Shown in pieces: positions 54,782 through 64,000 of a DNA stretch of 64,000 nucleotides. Source of the stretch: Phycisphaerales bacterium (GTDB lineage Bacteria; Planctomycetota; Phycisphaerae; Sedimentisphaerales; UBA12454); assembly GCA_003142595.1 (NCBI GenBank), contig PLMU01000007.1, forward strand, positions 246,925 to 310,924, given 5' to 3'. Positions within the stretch are counted from its first letter, which is position 1; the number at the start of each line of letters is the position of its first letter. The notes under the pieces were generated by a model. The model saw nothing but the letters and a program-made list of their open reading frames with translations, was not told the origin of the DNA and made no database searches. A program made the translations under genes and the position numbers.

Positions 54782-55420
54782 ATGCCACATCATAAACGAC
54801 TGCGGATAATTGCTATAGCCCTCCTCTGTCTTATCGGAAGCTTTGGCCTATGGGAGGGGCTGCTAAAGAACGATTTCGTTCCAAAAAGATTTGGTATAGT
54901 GGAAGATGGTAAGATTTATCGCAGCGGACAATTATCAAGATGGTTAGTTGAAAGGACTTTGCGTAAGTATAATATAAAAGTAATTGTATGCCTGACTGGT
55001 GATTCAAATCAGACTGCTGACAAAGACGAAGAACAGGAAGCTGCTGAAAAACTTGGCATTGAAAGATACAACTTCTCGTTAAGCGGCAATGGAACAGGAG
55101 ACATTAACGATTATGCCAAAGCAATAGCAGCAATATGCCAGGCAAAGGAAAAAGGTAAACCTGTATTAGTTCACTGCGGAGCAGGAACCCAGCGAGCAGG
55201 CGGCGTAATTGCTACTTATCGCTTGCTTATTGAAAAAAAGGATGTGCCTTTTATTCTTAATGAGATGAGAAGTTATGACTGGAGTCCCAAAAAAAATCCT
55301 TATCTCTTGCCCTATCTTAATGGCAACATGGAAAAACTGGCTTTTCTGCTTAATCAAATGGGAGTAATAGATAAAATTCCTAATCCGGTGCCGCAAATCG
55401 TCATTACAGACCGCAAATAG
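54782..55420 (+). CDS. membrane-anchored Cys-based (PTP/dual-specificity-like) phosphatase
   Basis: The CX5R P-loop is VLVHCGAGTQRAGGV, with an N-terminal TM. The ORF-track start at 54761 is TTG, so the ATG at 54782 is preferred. Confidence 0.7.
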   Translation: MPHHKRLRIIAIALLCLIGSFGLWEGLLKNDFVPKRFGIVEDGKIYRSGQLSRWLVERTLRKYNIKVIVCLTGDSNQTADKDEEQEAAEKLGIERYNFSLSGNGTGDINDYAKAIAAICQAKEKGKPVLVHCGAGTQRAGGVIATYRLLIEKKDVPFILNEMRSYDWSPKKNPYLLPYLNGNMEKLAFLLNQMGVIDKIPNPVPQIVITDRK

Positions 55421-55445
55421 TATTAAAATGATAACAACCTGACCT

Positions 55446-57053
55446 ATGAAAAATAAAAACATAATTCTGATTTCGACATTAGTCCTGTCGGCACTAACCG
55501 CCGTTTGGGATATTTCCGGCAGAGCAATGGAAAATCATGAGTGTCTTGTTTCCATTACTTCGCGTGAAATGCTTGTGAGCAATGATTGGATTTTACCTTC
55601 CTGCAATGGACAGCTTCGACTTGAAAAAACGCCGCTTTCTTACTGGCTCGTAGCCGGCTTAGGAAAAATAACAGGCAATATTGACGAATTTACCGCAAGA
55701 TTTCCAAGCGCTTTATTCGCATTTTTATCTGCTCTGATCATTTTATATTTTGTCAAACAATGGCTGGATATTCGTGTCGCAATAATTTCCGCCCTGGTCT
55801 GGTCAACATCATTTGGATATATCAATTATGCTCATAACGCAAGGCCGGAAATGATTTTTACATTTTTTGTAATTTTATGCTTTCTTTCTTTCTACTCTGC
55901 CGCTATCGAACAAATTCGCAAAAAACAAATAATATATATGCTTGTTTTCTGGATAAGTTTCGGGCTGTCAATGCTCGCTAAAGGTCCTGCGCCGATTCCA
56001 TTAGTTTTAATCCCACTGTTTTTCTACATCGCCATATTCAAACAATGGAAAATTCTGCCTAAACTGCTGCCCGTTGTCGGAGTAATCATCTTTCTCGCTA
56101 TAGTATTACCGTGGCCGCTTGTTATCGGCTACAGAGTAAACTGGAATTTAGTAGTTTGGAAACATAACTTTTTTGACCGTTTGTTCGGTAATTACGCTCC
56201 GGGTAATTATCCATTTTATTTATACATAATTTATACTTTCGCATTCATCGCACCCTGGGTAGCCCTTGTCCCTGTCGCCTTGATATCTCCGTTTTACAAA
56301 ATCTGGGGAAAAAAGCAAAAAGTTATGCTGTTTCTATGGCTTTGTTTTATAACAGACTTGATTTTTTTAACTATCTGCGGCGGCAAACGCAAACATTATA
56401 TGCTGCCGATAATGCCCGTTATCGCCATCCTGGTTGGTATTGTTTTAGAAGATATGATTTACACACGAAAAGCCTTTACGGGCAAATTTACAAAAAGGTT
56501 TCTTGTTTTCCATATGATAATTATTGCCTTGTCTGTTATTACAGGGGTAATTTACTTTGCCGCCGTTCATTCTGAGCTTTTCGTTAAAGTATTAATCCTT
56601 GGCATAACAGCGATTATATTAACAGTGTGGATTCCGGCGTCATTTGCAAAAAACAAAACGACTCTCGGTGGCGGATTAATCTTTGGCGGTTATTGCCTGT
56701 TTGCAATTTGTTTTATCAGCTTTTCGGCTCCGTTTGATAATAACAATTATACCAGAAAATTTGCCGTTGAAATATCTAAAAAAATACCATCAGATAATAA
56801 CCTTGTGGCATATGGCTATGTTTCTCCAAAAATAGTCCATTATTTCGGAAGAGAAATTCCTAAAATAAAAGACGTAAATATGATTTATCAGCTTTACGAT
56901 AAAGGCGATTGGATTCTTGCCACCGATGACGAATTGAAAGAACTCCAATCTAATAATCGGCTCAATATGGTTTACTACGACGAAAAGGCTGAAGTGCAAA
57001 TCGATAGAAATGTAGCCGGCGCTTTGTTTAGAAAATCAGAAAATGCGAAATAA
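55446..57053 (+). CDS. second GT39/GT83-like membrane glycosyltransferase
   Basis: 535 aa, polytopic. NHECLVSITSREMLVSNDWILPSCNGQLRLEKTPLSYW parallels the ArnT-type loop of the first GT. Confidence 0.75.
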   Translation: MKNKNIILISTLVLSALTAVWDISGRAMENHECLVSITSREMLVSNDWILPSCNGQLRLEKTPLSYWLVAGLGKITGNIDEFTARFPSALFAFLSALIILYFVKQWLDIRVAIISALVWSTSFGYINYAHNARPEMIFTFFVILCFLSFYSAAIEQIRKKQIIYMLVFWISFGLSMLAKGPAPIPLVLIPLFFYIAIFKQWKILPKLLPVVGVIIFLAIVLPWPLVIGYRVNWNLVVWKHNFFDRLFGNYAPGNYPFYLYIIYTFAFIAPWVALVPVALISPFYKIWGKKQKVMLFLWLCFITDLIFLTICGGKRKHYMLPIMPVIAILVGIVLEDMIYTRKAFTGKFTKRFLVFHMIIIALSVITGVIYFAAVHSELFVKVLILGITAIILTVWIPASFAKNKTTLGGGLIFGGYCLFAICFISFSAPFDNNNYTRKFAVEISKKIPSDNNLVAYGYVSPKIVHYFGREIPKIKDVNMIYQLYDKGDWILATDDELKELQSNNRLNMVYYDEKAEVQIDRNVAGALFRKSENAK

Positions 57054-57086
57054 AAAAATGGAGCCCGCTTAAAATAAGCGAGCTCC
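57052..57086 (-). terminator. terminator between the convergent GT39 and RCC1 genes
   Basis: ggagcccgctt-aaaat-aagcgagctcc forms an 11-bp stem with 1 mismatch. It is followed by a T-run on the minus strand and preceded by an A-run on the plus strand. Confidence 0.5.
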
Positions 57087-57122
57087 AAATTATATGGTCT
57101 AAAGCCCTAGGCTTTAGTTTAT

Positions 57123-58988
57123 TTATTTAGCTACACAGGCAGGATCGCCCGGAGTTTGCTGACAATCAATTAACCAGTTTTCGGCTAACGCAGCATAATC
57201 CCTGAAATTAACAATGCCGTCGCCCGGCATCGGAACAATATCCGCTGTCGAATCGCTCTTGAGCCAATTCTCAAACATAATACTCAAATCGTCCCAGCCA
57301 ACTTTGCAATTGCTATTTAAATCACCGATAAGTGTGTATGGACAATATAATTTTAACGCGATAGCCATTCCACTGCCTGCTCCGACATCTAAATATGAGT
57401 ATCCCGCAGGAGCAGTTCCTGACCCCCAGGCGATAGCAGAACCATCGGACTTCAAAGCCAAACTGAAGTTATCTCCTGCGCTAATTTTCACAAAATTGTT
57501 CCCAGCCGGCGCCGTTGACTGACTGCCCCAGCAGACGATTGAGCCGTCATTTCTCAATGCAACACCGTGAGACAAACCTGCCGCTACCGCTGTAAAATTA
57601 TTTCCTGCCGGAGTATTTGAAACCTGGCTGGAAGAATTATCGCCCCAGCTAACGATAGAACCGTCTGATTTTAAAGCGACACTGAAATAACCGTTTGTGG
57701 CCGCACTAATGGCAACAAAATTATTTCCTGACGGATTGCCTGATACTTCCCCTTTGGAATTATCACCCCAGGTGACTACAGAGCCGTCTGTTTTAATGCC
57801 GACACTATGGAGACGTCCTGCCGCAACTGCTGTATAAGTTCCCGCAGGAATGGATATTTGTCCGACAGAATTGTAGCCCCAGCCGACGACCGAACCGTCA
57901 AATTTTAAGGCAAGACTATGATAACCGCCTGCGGAAACTGACGCATAATTGTTTCCGGCCGGGACATTCGTCTGACCGGTATTGTTAAGGCCCCAGCCAA
58001 AAAGAGAGTTGTCATTTTTTATCACAATGCCATGGTTTCTGCCCATAGATATTATTTTAAAATCGTAACCGGACGGCGGATTTGCCCCGGCAAAAGTATT
58101 ATAACCCCAGCCGACAAATGTGCCGTCTGTTTTCACCGCAAGACAGTGCATAAAACCTGCGCCGATTGCCTTAAAATTATTTCCTGCCGGAGTATTTGAA
58201 ACCTGGCCTGAAGAATTATCGCCCCAGCAAACAATGGAACCATCTGTTCTCAAAGCAATGCCATGATTTTGACCTGCGGCAATTGCCTTGAAAGTGCCTG
58301 CCGGCGGCGTTAACTGACCGGCGGAATTGCTGCCCCAGCAAATCAGAGAGCCGTCTGCTTTTATCGCGATACTAAAATAATCACCTGCGGCAATTGCGGT
58401 AAAGTCATTTCCTGCCGGCGGTGTTGCCTGACCGTAAGAGTTATCTCCCCAGCAAACGATAGAGCCATCAGCCTTCAACGCAATCTCGTGCGCGTAACCG
58501 ACAGCAATGGCCGTAAAATCATTTCCTGCAGGAGGCGTTAAAGCTGAATAAGGAAAACCACCGCCCCAGGCGACAAGAGAGCCATCCGTTTTTAATGCAA
58601 GAGAATAATCATGTTGTGAAGCAATGGCTTTAAAATCATTTCCAGCCGGTACAGAAGTCTGTCCGTAAGCATTGCTGCCCCAGGCAACAAGTGAGCCGTC
58701 TGTTTTCAAGGCAATGCAGCCTCCGCCGCTTGCTGCTACAGCAGCAAAATCGTTGCCTGACGGACAGCTAACCTGGCTGGCGCCATTATAGCCCCAACCG
58801 CAAAGAGAGCCGTCGGTTTTTAAGGCAACACTGTGTGAGCCGCCGCCGCTGACTGTGGCAAAATCGTGTGCAGCCATTTTTTCGCTGTCAAAAAACGAAT
58901 TGCCCCACCCTACAATTGTGTCGGCTTTAACATTAATTGAAACCAATAGTGTGATTGCAATAACTGAAATGTAAAATAACTTTTTCAT
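57123..58988 (-). CDS. secreted RCC1-like beta-propeller repeat protein with a C-terminal dockerin-like module
   Basis: 621 aa with a signal peptide. About 13 repeats of GNDF.AIAAG..HS.ALK.DGS.V.WG.N..GQ...P are followed by DLNSNCKVGWDDLSIMFENW...GDGIVNFRDYAALAENW. Confidence 0.85.
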   Translation of the reverse strand: MKKLFYISVIAITLLVSINVKADTIVGWGNSFFDSEKMAAHDFATVSGGGSHSVALKTDGSLCGWGYNGASQVSCPSGNDFAAVAASGGGCIALKTDGSLVAWGSNAYGQTSVPAGNDFKAIASQHDYSLALKTDGSLVAWGGGFPYSALTPPAGNDFTAIAVGYAHEIALKADGSIVCWGDNSYGQATPPAGNDFTAIAAGDYFSIAIKADGSLICWGSNSAGQLTPPAGTFKAIAAGQNHGIALRTDGSIVCWGDNSSGQVSNTPAGNNFKAIGAGFMHCLAVKTDGTFVGWGYNTFAGANPPSGYDFKIISMGRNHGIVIKNDNSLFGWGLNNTGQTNVPAGNNYASVSAGGYHSLALKFDGSVVGWGYNSVGQISIPAGTYTAVAAGRLHSVGIKTDGSVVTWGDNSKGEVSGNPSGNNFVAISAATNGYFSVALKSDGSIVSWGDNSSSQVSNTPAGNNFTAVAAGLSHGVALRNDGSIVCWGSQSTAPAGNNFVKISAGDNFSLALKSDGSAIAWGSGTAPAGYSYLDVGAGSGMAIALKLYCPYTLIGDLNSNCKVGWDDLSIMFENWLKSDSTADIVPMPGDGIVNFRDYAALAENWLIDCQQTPGDPACVAK

Positions 58989-59271
58989 ACTTATTTCCTC
59001 CTAATATATAGATAAAATTGATTAATCTCTCAAATAATCAACGCAGTGTACCCAGTTTAACTATTTTAACAGTTATTATTGAAAAATCAAGTTAAAACTA
59101 CTAAAAAAAGCATACCTATATCTATAATTTTGTTTACAAAACCCTGTTTTTTGTAAAAAAATGGCGATTTTCCGATTTAATCTCAAATATTCTGCTCTAA
59201 ACTTTTCCCCTTTACATATTCCCCAATCTATATTAAAAAGATTTATCGCTCATTTTTGAAAGGTAACAATA

Positions 59272-61365
59272 ATGAAATCGACTATTCTTTTCCTGGGGTT
59301 AATCACATTTTTTGCAAATAATGTCTTCGGCGGAGATATCGAATACAAAAACAGCTCATTCATTATTTCCTCTCCACATTTAAAACAGCCGCTGTCGATA
59401 GGCTGTGAAAAGTTTCCTATGTTTTTGAAAACCAAACAAGGAAAACTCCTCCTTAAAGGGACTCCCTCGGACATATCAAAAACCAAAAACGGTCTGACCG
59501 CTGTCTGGTCATTCGACAAAGGGAAAAAAGTAACAGTCAGTTTCACTAAAGATAAAGATTTATTCCGCATTAATTTCAAGGCGGCAGGTATTAAGGATGT
59601 TAATCAATGGGGCTTATCGCTGCCGGCCGAGAAAAACGAATATTTCACCGGCCTGATGGAACGCACAGTTGACGGCAATCAGGTGCTTTCCTGGACACCG
59701 GGCATAAAAGAGACAATGAATATGCGAGGCCAATATGCCACGACGTTAGTCAAGCCGACAGTTGCACTCTATAGCCCGTTTTTTATTTCATCGCGAAATT
59801 ACAGTTATTTTGTCGAAGGAACATGGCCTGGCAGTTTTGATTTCTGCAAGGCCGATGCAAACACAATACAAATAACTAACGAAGGCCCTGCCCTTTCAAT
59901 AATTATTAATACCGCTAAAAATCCCGCCGAATTAGTGAAGGCGCATTCACTCGACGTTGGGCCGACAATAGTGCCGCCGAAATGGATTTTCGGCTCCTGG
60001 CGATGGCGAGATGAACTTACACAAAGAAAAACTTACTACGACGGCACGCCTGTTGCCGCGCCTTATAACAGCGAAGCTGTTGAAGATATACTTATGATGA
60101 AGGCTTTCGATATTCCATTGAGCATTTATTGGGTTGACAGACCATGGGCAATAGGACCGGAAGGTTACAGCGATTTTATCTGGGACCCGAACCGCTTTCC
60201 AAACGCACCGGAAATGATTAAATGGATTAACAAAAAAAATATCCGCTTTGTGCTCTGGATAGCTCCGTGGATTATGGGAAATATGGCAAACGAAGCTGCC
60301 GAAAAAGGCTACATCCTTAAAGGACAGCCCCAAACGCACGAAGGCAACTTCCGCGTTAACCTGGACTTTACGAATCCTGCGGCCGTAAAATGGTGGCAGG
60401 ACAAATATATCGCCAAATTGCTTAAGCAAGGAGTCGTCGGATTTAAGATGGACCGCGCCGAAGAGACAATGTCAAACAGTCCTGATATAAAGGCTTTTGA
60501 CGGCAGGAGCGGAAGAGAATATTACAACGATTATTCGGTTATGTACGCCAAGGCTGCTTACGATATCTGCAAAAAGATTCGCGGCAATGACTTTGTAACA
60601 ATGCCTCGGGCAGGCTATACCAACAGCAGCCGATATGCAGTGTTCTGGGGCGGCGATATCGGCAACGGCGGCGAAAGCAAAGTTACCGTGCCCGAAGCTC
60701 TTCGCGCTGCGATTATAGCATTGCAGAAGTCCGCTGTAATCGGTTATCCGATTTGGGGCTCCGATACGGGCGGATATACAAAAATTAAAGACCACGAAAT
60801 TATGGCAAGATGGCTGGGCTTCAGCTGCTTTTGCCCGATAATGGAAGTCGGACCGACAGAAAACAAAGGTTTGTGGAATCTTGAACTTGAGCCGCATTAC
60901 GATACGCAGCTTATCGCTGCCTGGAGACTCTACGCGAAAGTCCATGAAAAACTTGCCGATTACTCTTATGAGCTTGTGAAGGAAGCCGCTAAAACAGGAA
61001 TGCCTGTGGCAAGGCCGTTGTTTTTGATGTATCCCGACCAGCCGCAAGCATGGAACGATTGGCAGACTTATATGTATGGGCCGGATATTCTTGTCTCGGC
61101 AATCTGGGAAAAAGGAAAAACGCAGCATACTCTTTATCTGCCTGCAGGCGAAAAATGGGTCGATGCGTGGGACACAAAGAAAATCTATGCCGGCGGTAAA
61201 ACTATTACTGTGGACGCTCCTATTTATAAGATGCCGATATTTATCCGTCAGGGTTCAAAAATTAACCTTGGCGATTTGAACGTTCTTTATAATGAGTCGT
61301 TAAAAATCGCCGCTAAAAAACCTGACCTTGACAAACTGCAAAAGCTCGAATTTCCGAAAAAATAG
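59272..61365 (+). CDS. glycoside hydrolase family 31 (alpha-xylosidase/alpha-glucosidase-like)
   Basis: 697 aa with a signal peptide. VVGFKMDRAEE (nucleophile region, cf. the YicI GFKTD block) and VFWGGDI (acid/base region) are present. Confidence 0.85.
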   Translation: MKSTILFLGLITFFANNVFGGDIEYKNSSFIISSPHLKQPLSIGCEKFPMFLKTKQGKLLLKGTPSDISKTKNGLTAVWSFDKGKKVTVSFTKDKDLFRINFKAAGIKDVNQWGLSLPAEKNEYFTGLMERTVDGNQVLSWTPGIKETMNMRGQYATTLVKPTVALYSPFFISSRNYSYFVEGTWPGSFDFCKADANTIQITNEGPALSIIINTAKNPAELVKAHSLDVGPTIVPPKWIFGSWRWRDELTQRKTYYDGTPVAAPYNSEAVEDILMMKAFDIPLSIYWVDRPWAIGPEGYSDFIWDPNRFPNAPEMIKWINKKNIRFVLWIAPWIMGNMANEAAEKGYILKGQPQTHEGNFRVNLDFTNPAAVKWWQDKYIAKLLKQGVVGFKMDRAEETMSNSPDIKAFDGRSGREYYNDYSVMYAKAAYDICKKIRGNDFVTMPRAGYTNSSRYAVFWGGDIGNGGESKVTVPEALRAAIIALQKSAVIGYPIWGSDTGGYTKIKDHEIMARWLGFSCFCPIMEVGPTENKGLWNLELEPHYDTQLIAAWRLYAKVHEKLADYSYELVKEAAKTGMPVARPLFLMYPDQPQAWNDWQTYMYGPDILVSAIWEKGKTQHTLYLPAGEKWVDAWDTKKIYAGGKTITVDAPIYKMPIFIRQGSKINLGDLNVLYNESLKIAAKKPDLDKLQKLEFPKK

Positions 61366-61395
61366 AAGAGAAGGACCTTATAAAGAGGGTGCGAT

Positions 61396-62352
61396 ATGAA
61401 AATTGTGCGATTTTTGACAATTATCGTATTTGCTACTGTGTTTTTATCAATCATTTGGTTTGCAGGCTACAAGGGGAATAAACAGTCACATAATCAAATA
61501 ATAACAGGGGATGACAATATGTATAAAAAACTTACTCCGGAAGAAGAACGGGTAATTGTATATAAAGGCACTGAACCGCCCTTTACAGGAAAGTATAATA
61601 ACTTTTCCGAAAATGGGCTTTATATCTGCAAAAGGTGCGGTTTTCCACTTTTTGAATCAAACGCAAAGTTTAAATCCGAATGTGGCTGGCCGAGTTTTGA
61701 CGAGCAAATTACCGGCGCGGTAATCTCACAGCGCGACGCTGACGGAGTGCGAACGGAAAATTTGTGCGCAAACTGCGGATCGCATCTGGGGCACGTATTT
61801 ACTGGTGAAGGCTATACAAAAAAAAATACGCGGTTCTGCATCAATTCAGTTTCAATGGATTTTGTGTCCAACGGCCAGCGCGCGATTTTCTCCGGCGGGT
61901 GTTTTTGGGGCGTTCAATATTATTTCAAAAATGCCCTGGGCGTTATTTCAACAACGGTCGGCTACACAGGCGGTAAAACAGAAAGGCAGACTTACGAGCA
62001 GGTCTGCAGCGGCAAAACCGGCCACGCTGAGGCGATTGAAGTTGTCTTCGACCCAAACAAAACAAGCTATGAAAATCTGGCAAAGCTGTTCTTCGAGATA
62101 CACGATTTTACTCAGTTAGACAGGCAGGGTCCTGACATCGGAATACAGTATCGCAGCGGAATTTTTTATCTGAATGACGAGCAAAAGGAAACCGCTGAAA
62201 AATTAGTGCAGATACTAAAACAAAAAGGATATGACGTAAAAACCGAAATCAAGCCGGCTGCTGCATTCTGGCCCGCTGAACAATATCATCAGAAATACTA
62301 CGAGAAAAACGGCGAAACACCTTATTGCCACATCTACAAAAAAATCTTTTAG
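61396..62352 (+). CDS. msrAB: membrane-anchored bifunctional methionine sulfoxide reductase MsrB-MsrA
   Basis: The MsrB part has CKRCGFPLF..CGWPSF..RFCINS. The MsrA part has GGCFWGVQYYF. There is an N-terminal TM anchor. Confidence 0.9.
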   Translation: MKIVRFLTIIVFATVFLSIIWFAGYKGNKQSHNQIITGDDNMYKKLTPEEERVIVYKGTEPPFTGKYNNFSENGLYICKRCGFPLFESNAKFKSECGWPSFDEQITGAVISQRDADGVRTENLCANCGSHLGHVFTGEGYTKKNTRFCINSVSMDFVSNGQRAIFSGGCFWGVQYYFKNALGVISTTVGYTGGKTERQTYEQVCSGKTGHAEAIEVVFDPNKTSYENLAKLFFEIHDFTQLDRQGPDIGIQYRSGIFYLNDEQKETAEKLVQILKQKGYDVKTEIKPAAAFWPAEQYHQKYYEKNGETPYCHIYKKIF

Positions 62353-62367
62353 AAAAAGCAATTCCGA

Positions 62368-63174
62368 TTACATACATAAAAGCCGGAAAGTTTTGATTGA
62401 TTGTTCGGCGGCGGTTTGCGAATCGGGCCAAGGCAGTGCCTCAGCGGAAAGATAACCTTCGTAGCCAATATGCTTAAGAGCGTCAACTGCGGATTTCAAA
62501 TCAATATGTCCCATTCCCGCGGGCTTGCGGTCGCTGTCGACAAAATCAACATAACCGATAAATCCGGCGGCCTGTTTTATGCTTTTAGCGATGTCCGACT
62601 CTTCGATATCCATATGATATAAATCGGCAAGAAGTTTTATATTATCCGCGCCTGCTTTTTTTATAATTTCGATGCCGTCCGCGACCGTATTTATCACATC
62701 GGTACTTAAATGGCTTAAAGGTTCGAAAAGAAGTTCGACATTTCTCTGGCCGGCGTATCGGCCTAATTCATTAAGACTTTCAGTTAATTGGACCAAAGCA
62801 TCTTCTCTGTTATTTTTGCCGATATTGCCCTGCATCGAGCCAATTTTGGCAGGAGCATTGAAAAGTGCTCCGAAATCAATCATTCTTTTGATATAGTCAA
62901 TCGCCTTTGCGCAGATAGTTTTGTCAGGACTTGTTAAAGTAAGATTATGCAGTGTTTTTCCAGCGCCTGTCGCCACTGCAGAGAGATTTATCCGATTATC
63001 GTCGAGAAGCCGGCGTAAAAGCTTTGCGTCAACATCGTCTGCGCCACCCATAAAAAGCTCAACGCCGTCAAAACCGATTCTCTTTGCCTTAGGGATACAT
63101 ATCGAAATGTCTTCCTGAAAAATCCAGGCCGCTTTTGAAGACTTCATCAAAGAAATTGTTACACTCGATTTCAT
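62368..63174 (-). CDS. sugar phosphate isomerase/epimerase (xylose-isomerase-like TIM barrel)
   Basis: 268 aa. FDGVELF, the EPL..L..D pattern and HMDIEE fit the AP-endonuclease-2/XI-like TIM family. Confidence 0.7.
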   Translation of the reverse strand: MKSSVTISLMKSSKAAWIFQEDISICIPKAKRIGFDGVELFMGGADDVDAKLLRRLLDDNRINLSAVATGAGKTLHNLTLTSPDKTICAKAIDYIKRMIDFGALFNAPAKIGSMQGNIGKNNREDALVQLTESLNELGRYAGQRNVELLFEPLSHLSTDVINTVADGIEIIKKAGADNIKLLADLYHMDIEESDIAKSIKQAAGFIGYVDFVDSDRKPAGMGHIDLKSAVDALKHIGYEGYLSAEALPWPDSQTAAEQSIKTFRLLCM

Positions 63175-63275
63175 AAAACATTATCATCCTTATGTTACAT
63201 TAAAAAAACAGCTGAAAAGAGTAGCAAAAATCTTTATTTGATTTCCGGCTTTTTAAGCATCCATTGCCATGCATT

Positions 63276-64000
63276 TTACCAATTAAGTTTGTAGATTTCC
63301 ACAGGTCCATACTGCTCATTGTAAAATTCGTATACTTTAGTGCCAAACCTTTTGCACAAAAAACCGCTAAAATCATTATTATTTAAGTCCGGCATCTTGT
63401 TAGGGATTTTTCTGAATCCTTGAGGGGGTCTGCCATAATCCCATGAAGTTCTGATAACATAATCGAAAGATTGAGAATAAGCCCACTGTAATCTATCTTT
63501 AAAAGCAGTGTTAATCCTAAAATATGTTCTATAGTCATACCTGATAAGATATGGACCATAGATATATCTATCATGACCAACCCAAAAAACAGGATCCGCG
63601 TACACCCTTTTTTTTGGGCCAACCACTTTGGCCACTTCATCAATAACACGATTAAAATCGGCACCGTGCTGCTTATACAGTAAAAGCATAATCGGAGGCA
63701 GTGAAGATATTATATATATCAGTATTATGGCACTTTTGATAGTCCAATATAGTTTTTTCGAGTTGTCGAAACAGGTAAATTCATGTAAGCGATAAACAAG
63801 CCTGACAACGAGTATGCCAAAGAAAGGTATTACAGCAACAAGGTAATCCGGAAATTGGTTAACACTGAATAAGGGCAAAATCAATATATAAACGGTCACA
63901 ATAGTCGCTGCGAACTTATCCTCAGCAGTGGATTTCCACCAGGCCGCCAGCCAGCCTGCAAACATAACCAGGGCTATCGGAATACCAAATGGTAACTGAA
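63276..64000 (-). CDS. polytopic membrane protein, C-terminal part (ORF continues past the right edge)
   Basis: The frame stays open upstream of the listed ATG (…QLPFGIPIALVMFAGW). It has several TM helices followed by a soluble tail. The function is unknown; it may be GT39-related given the neighbourhood elsewhere in the window. Confidence 0.5.
   Translation of the reverse strand, partial: QLPFGIPIALVMFAGWLAAWWKSTAEDKFAATIVTVYILILPLFSVNQFPDYLVAVIPFFGILVVRLVYRLHEFTCFDNSKKLYWTIKSAIILIYIISSLPPIMLLLYKQHGADFNRVIDEVAKVVGPKKRVYADPVFWVGHDRYIYGPYLIRYDYRTYFRINTAFKDRLQWAYSQSFDYVIRTSWDYGRPPQGFRKIPNKMPDLNNNDFSGFLCKRFGTKVYEFYNEQYGPVEIYKLNW

Noticed and set aside
57123-58988. Regularly spaced repeats that might be mistaken for a CRISPR array. 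The same applies to 48463-49283.
   Set aside because: They lie within long intact ORFs and encode protein repeats (RCC1 blades, YYWR modules). There is no repeat/spacer alternation and there are no cas genes.

Overview
This 64-kb window looks like a Planctomycetota chromosome, probably Phycisphaerae or Sedimentisphaerales-like. That placement is an inference from an H-X9-DG pseudopilin-type tail, dockerin-tagged secreted enzymes and weak Shine-Dalgarno usage. Most of the window is core or CAZyme DNA. Recognisable genes include pgpA, a dGTPase-like HD protein, a HIT protein, ilvD with two CxxCxxCC proteins and a LysE exporter, a GldA/F/G-type ABC operon with DUF4340, queA, ptsN, glgP, a lactonase, an M16 peptidase pair, GH31 and msrBA. 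There is also a pectin toolkit (a CE8 pectinesterase and three PL9-like lyase paralogs) and a GT39-PAP2-PTP-GT39 envelope-glycosylation cluster. The accessory part lies at about 24.3-39.1 kb and is AT-richer. It has two pieces. The first is a tight three-gene operon: a methyltransferase fused to a PD-(D/E)xK-like module, an unknown 221-aa protein, and a DUF4238 protein. An HNH-AP2 endonuclease gene and a palindrome-dense spacer sit next to it. The second is a tmRNA gene (ssrA) carrying an 8.4-kb integrative island, bounded by a perfect 24-bp repeat of the ssrA 3' end. The island encodes a tyrosine integrase, HTH/excisionase-like genes, a Rep-like wHTH protein with iterons, a 676-aa orphan protein, a type II R-M pair and a zinc-ribbon protein. 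The integrase reading frame continues in phase across the att core into a startless 66-codon tail at the far end of the island. Two unannotated RNA genes are also proposed from promoter, structure and terminator evidence: a 6S-like RNA beside ssrA and an orphan sRNA of about 135 nt at 13.4 kb. All functional calls rest on motifs read by eye. No searches were run.
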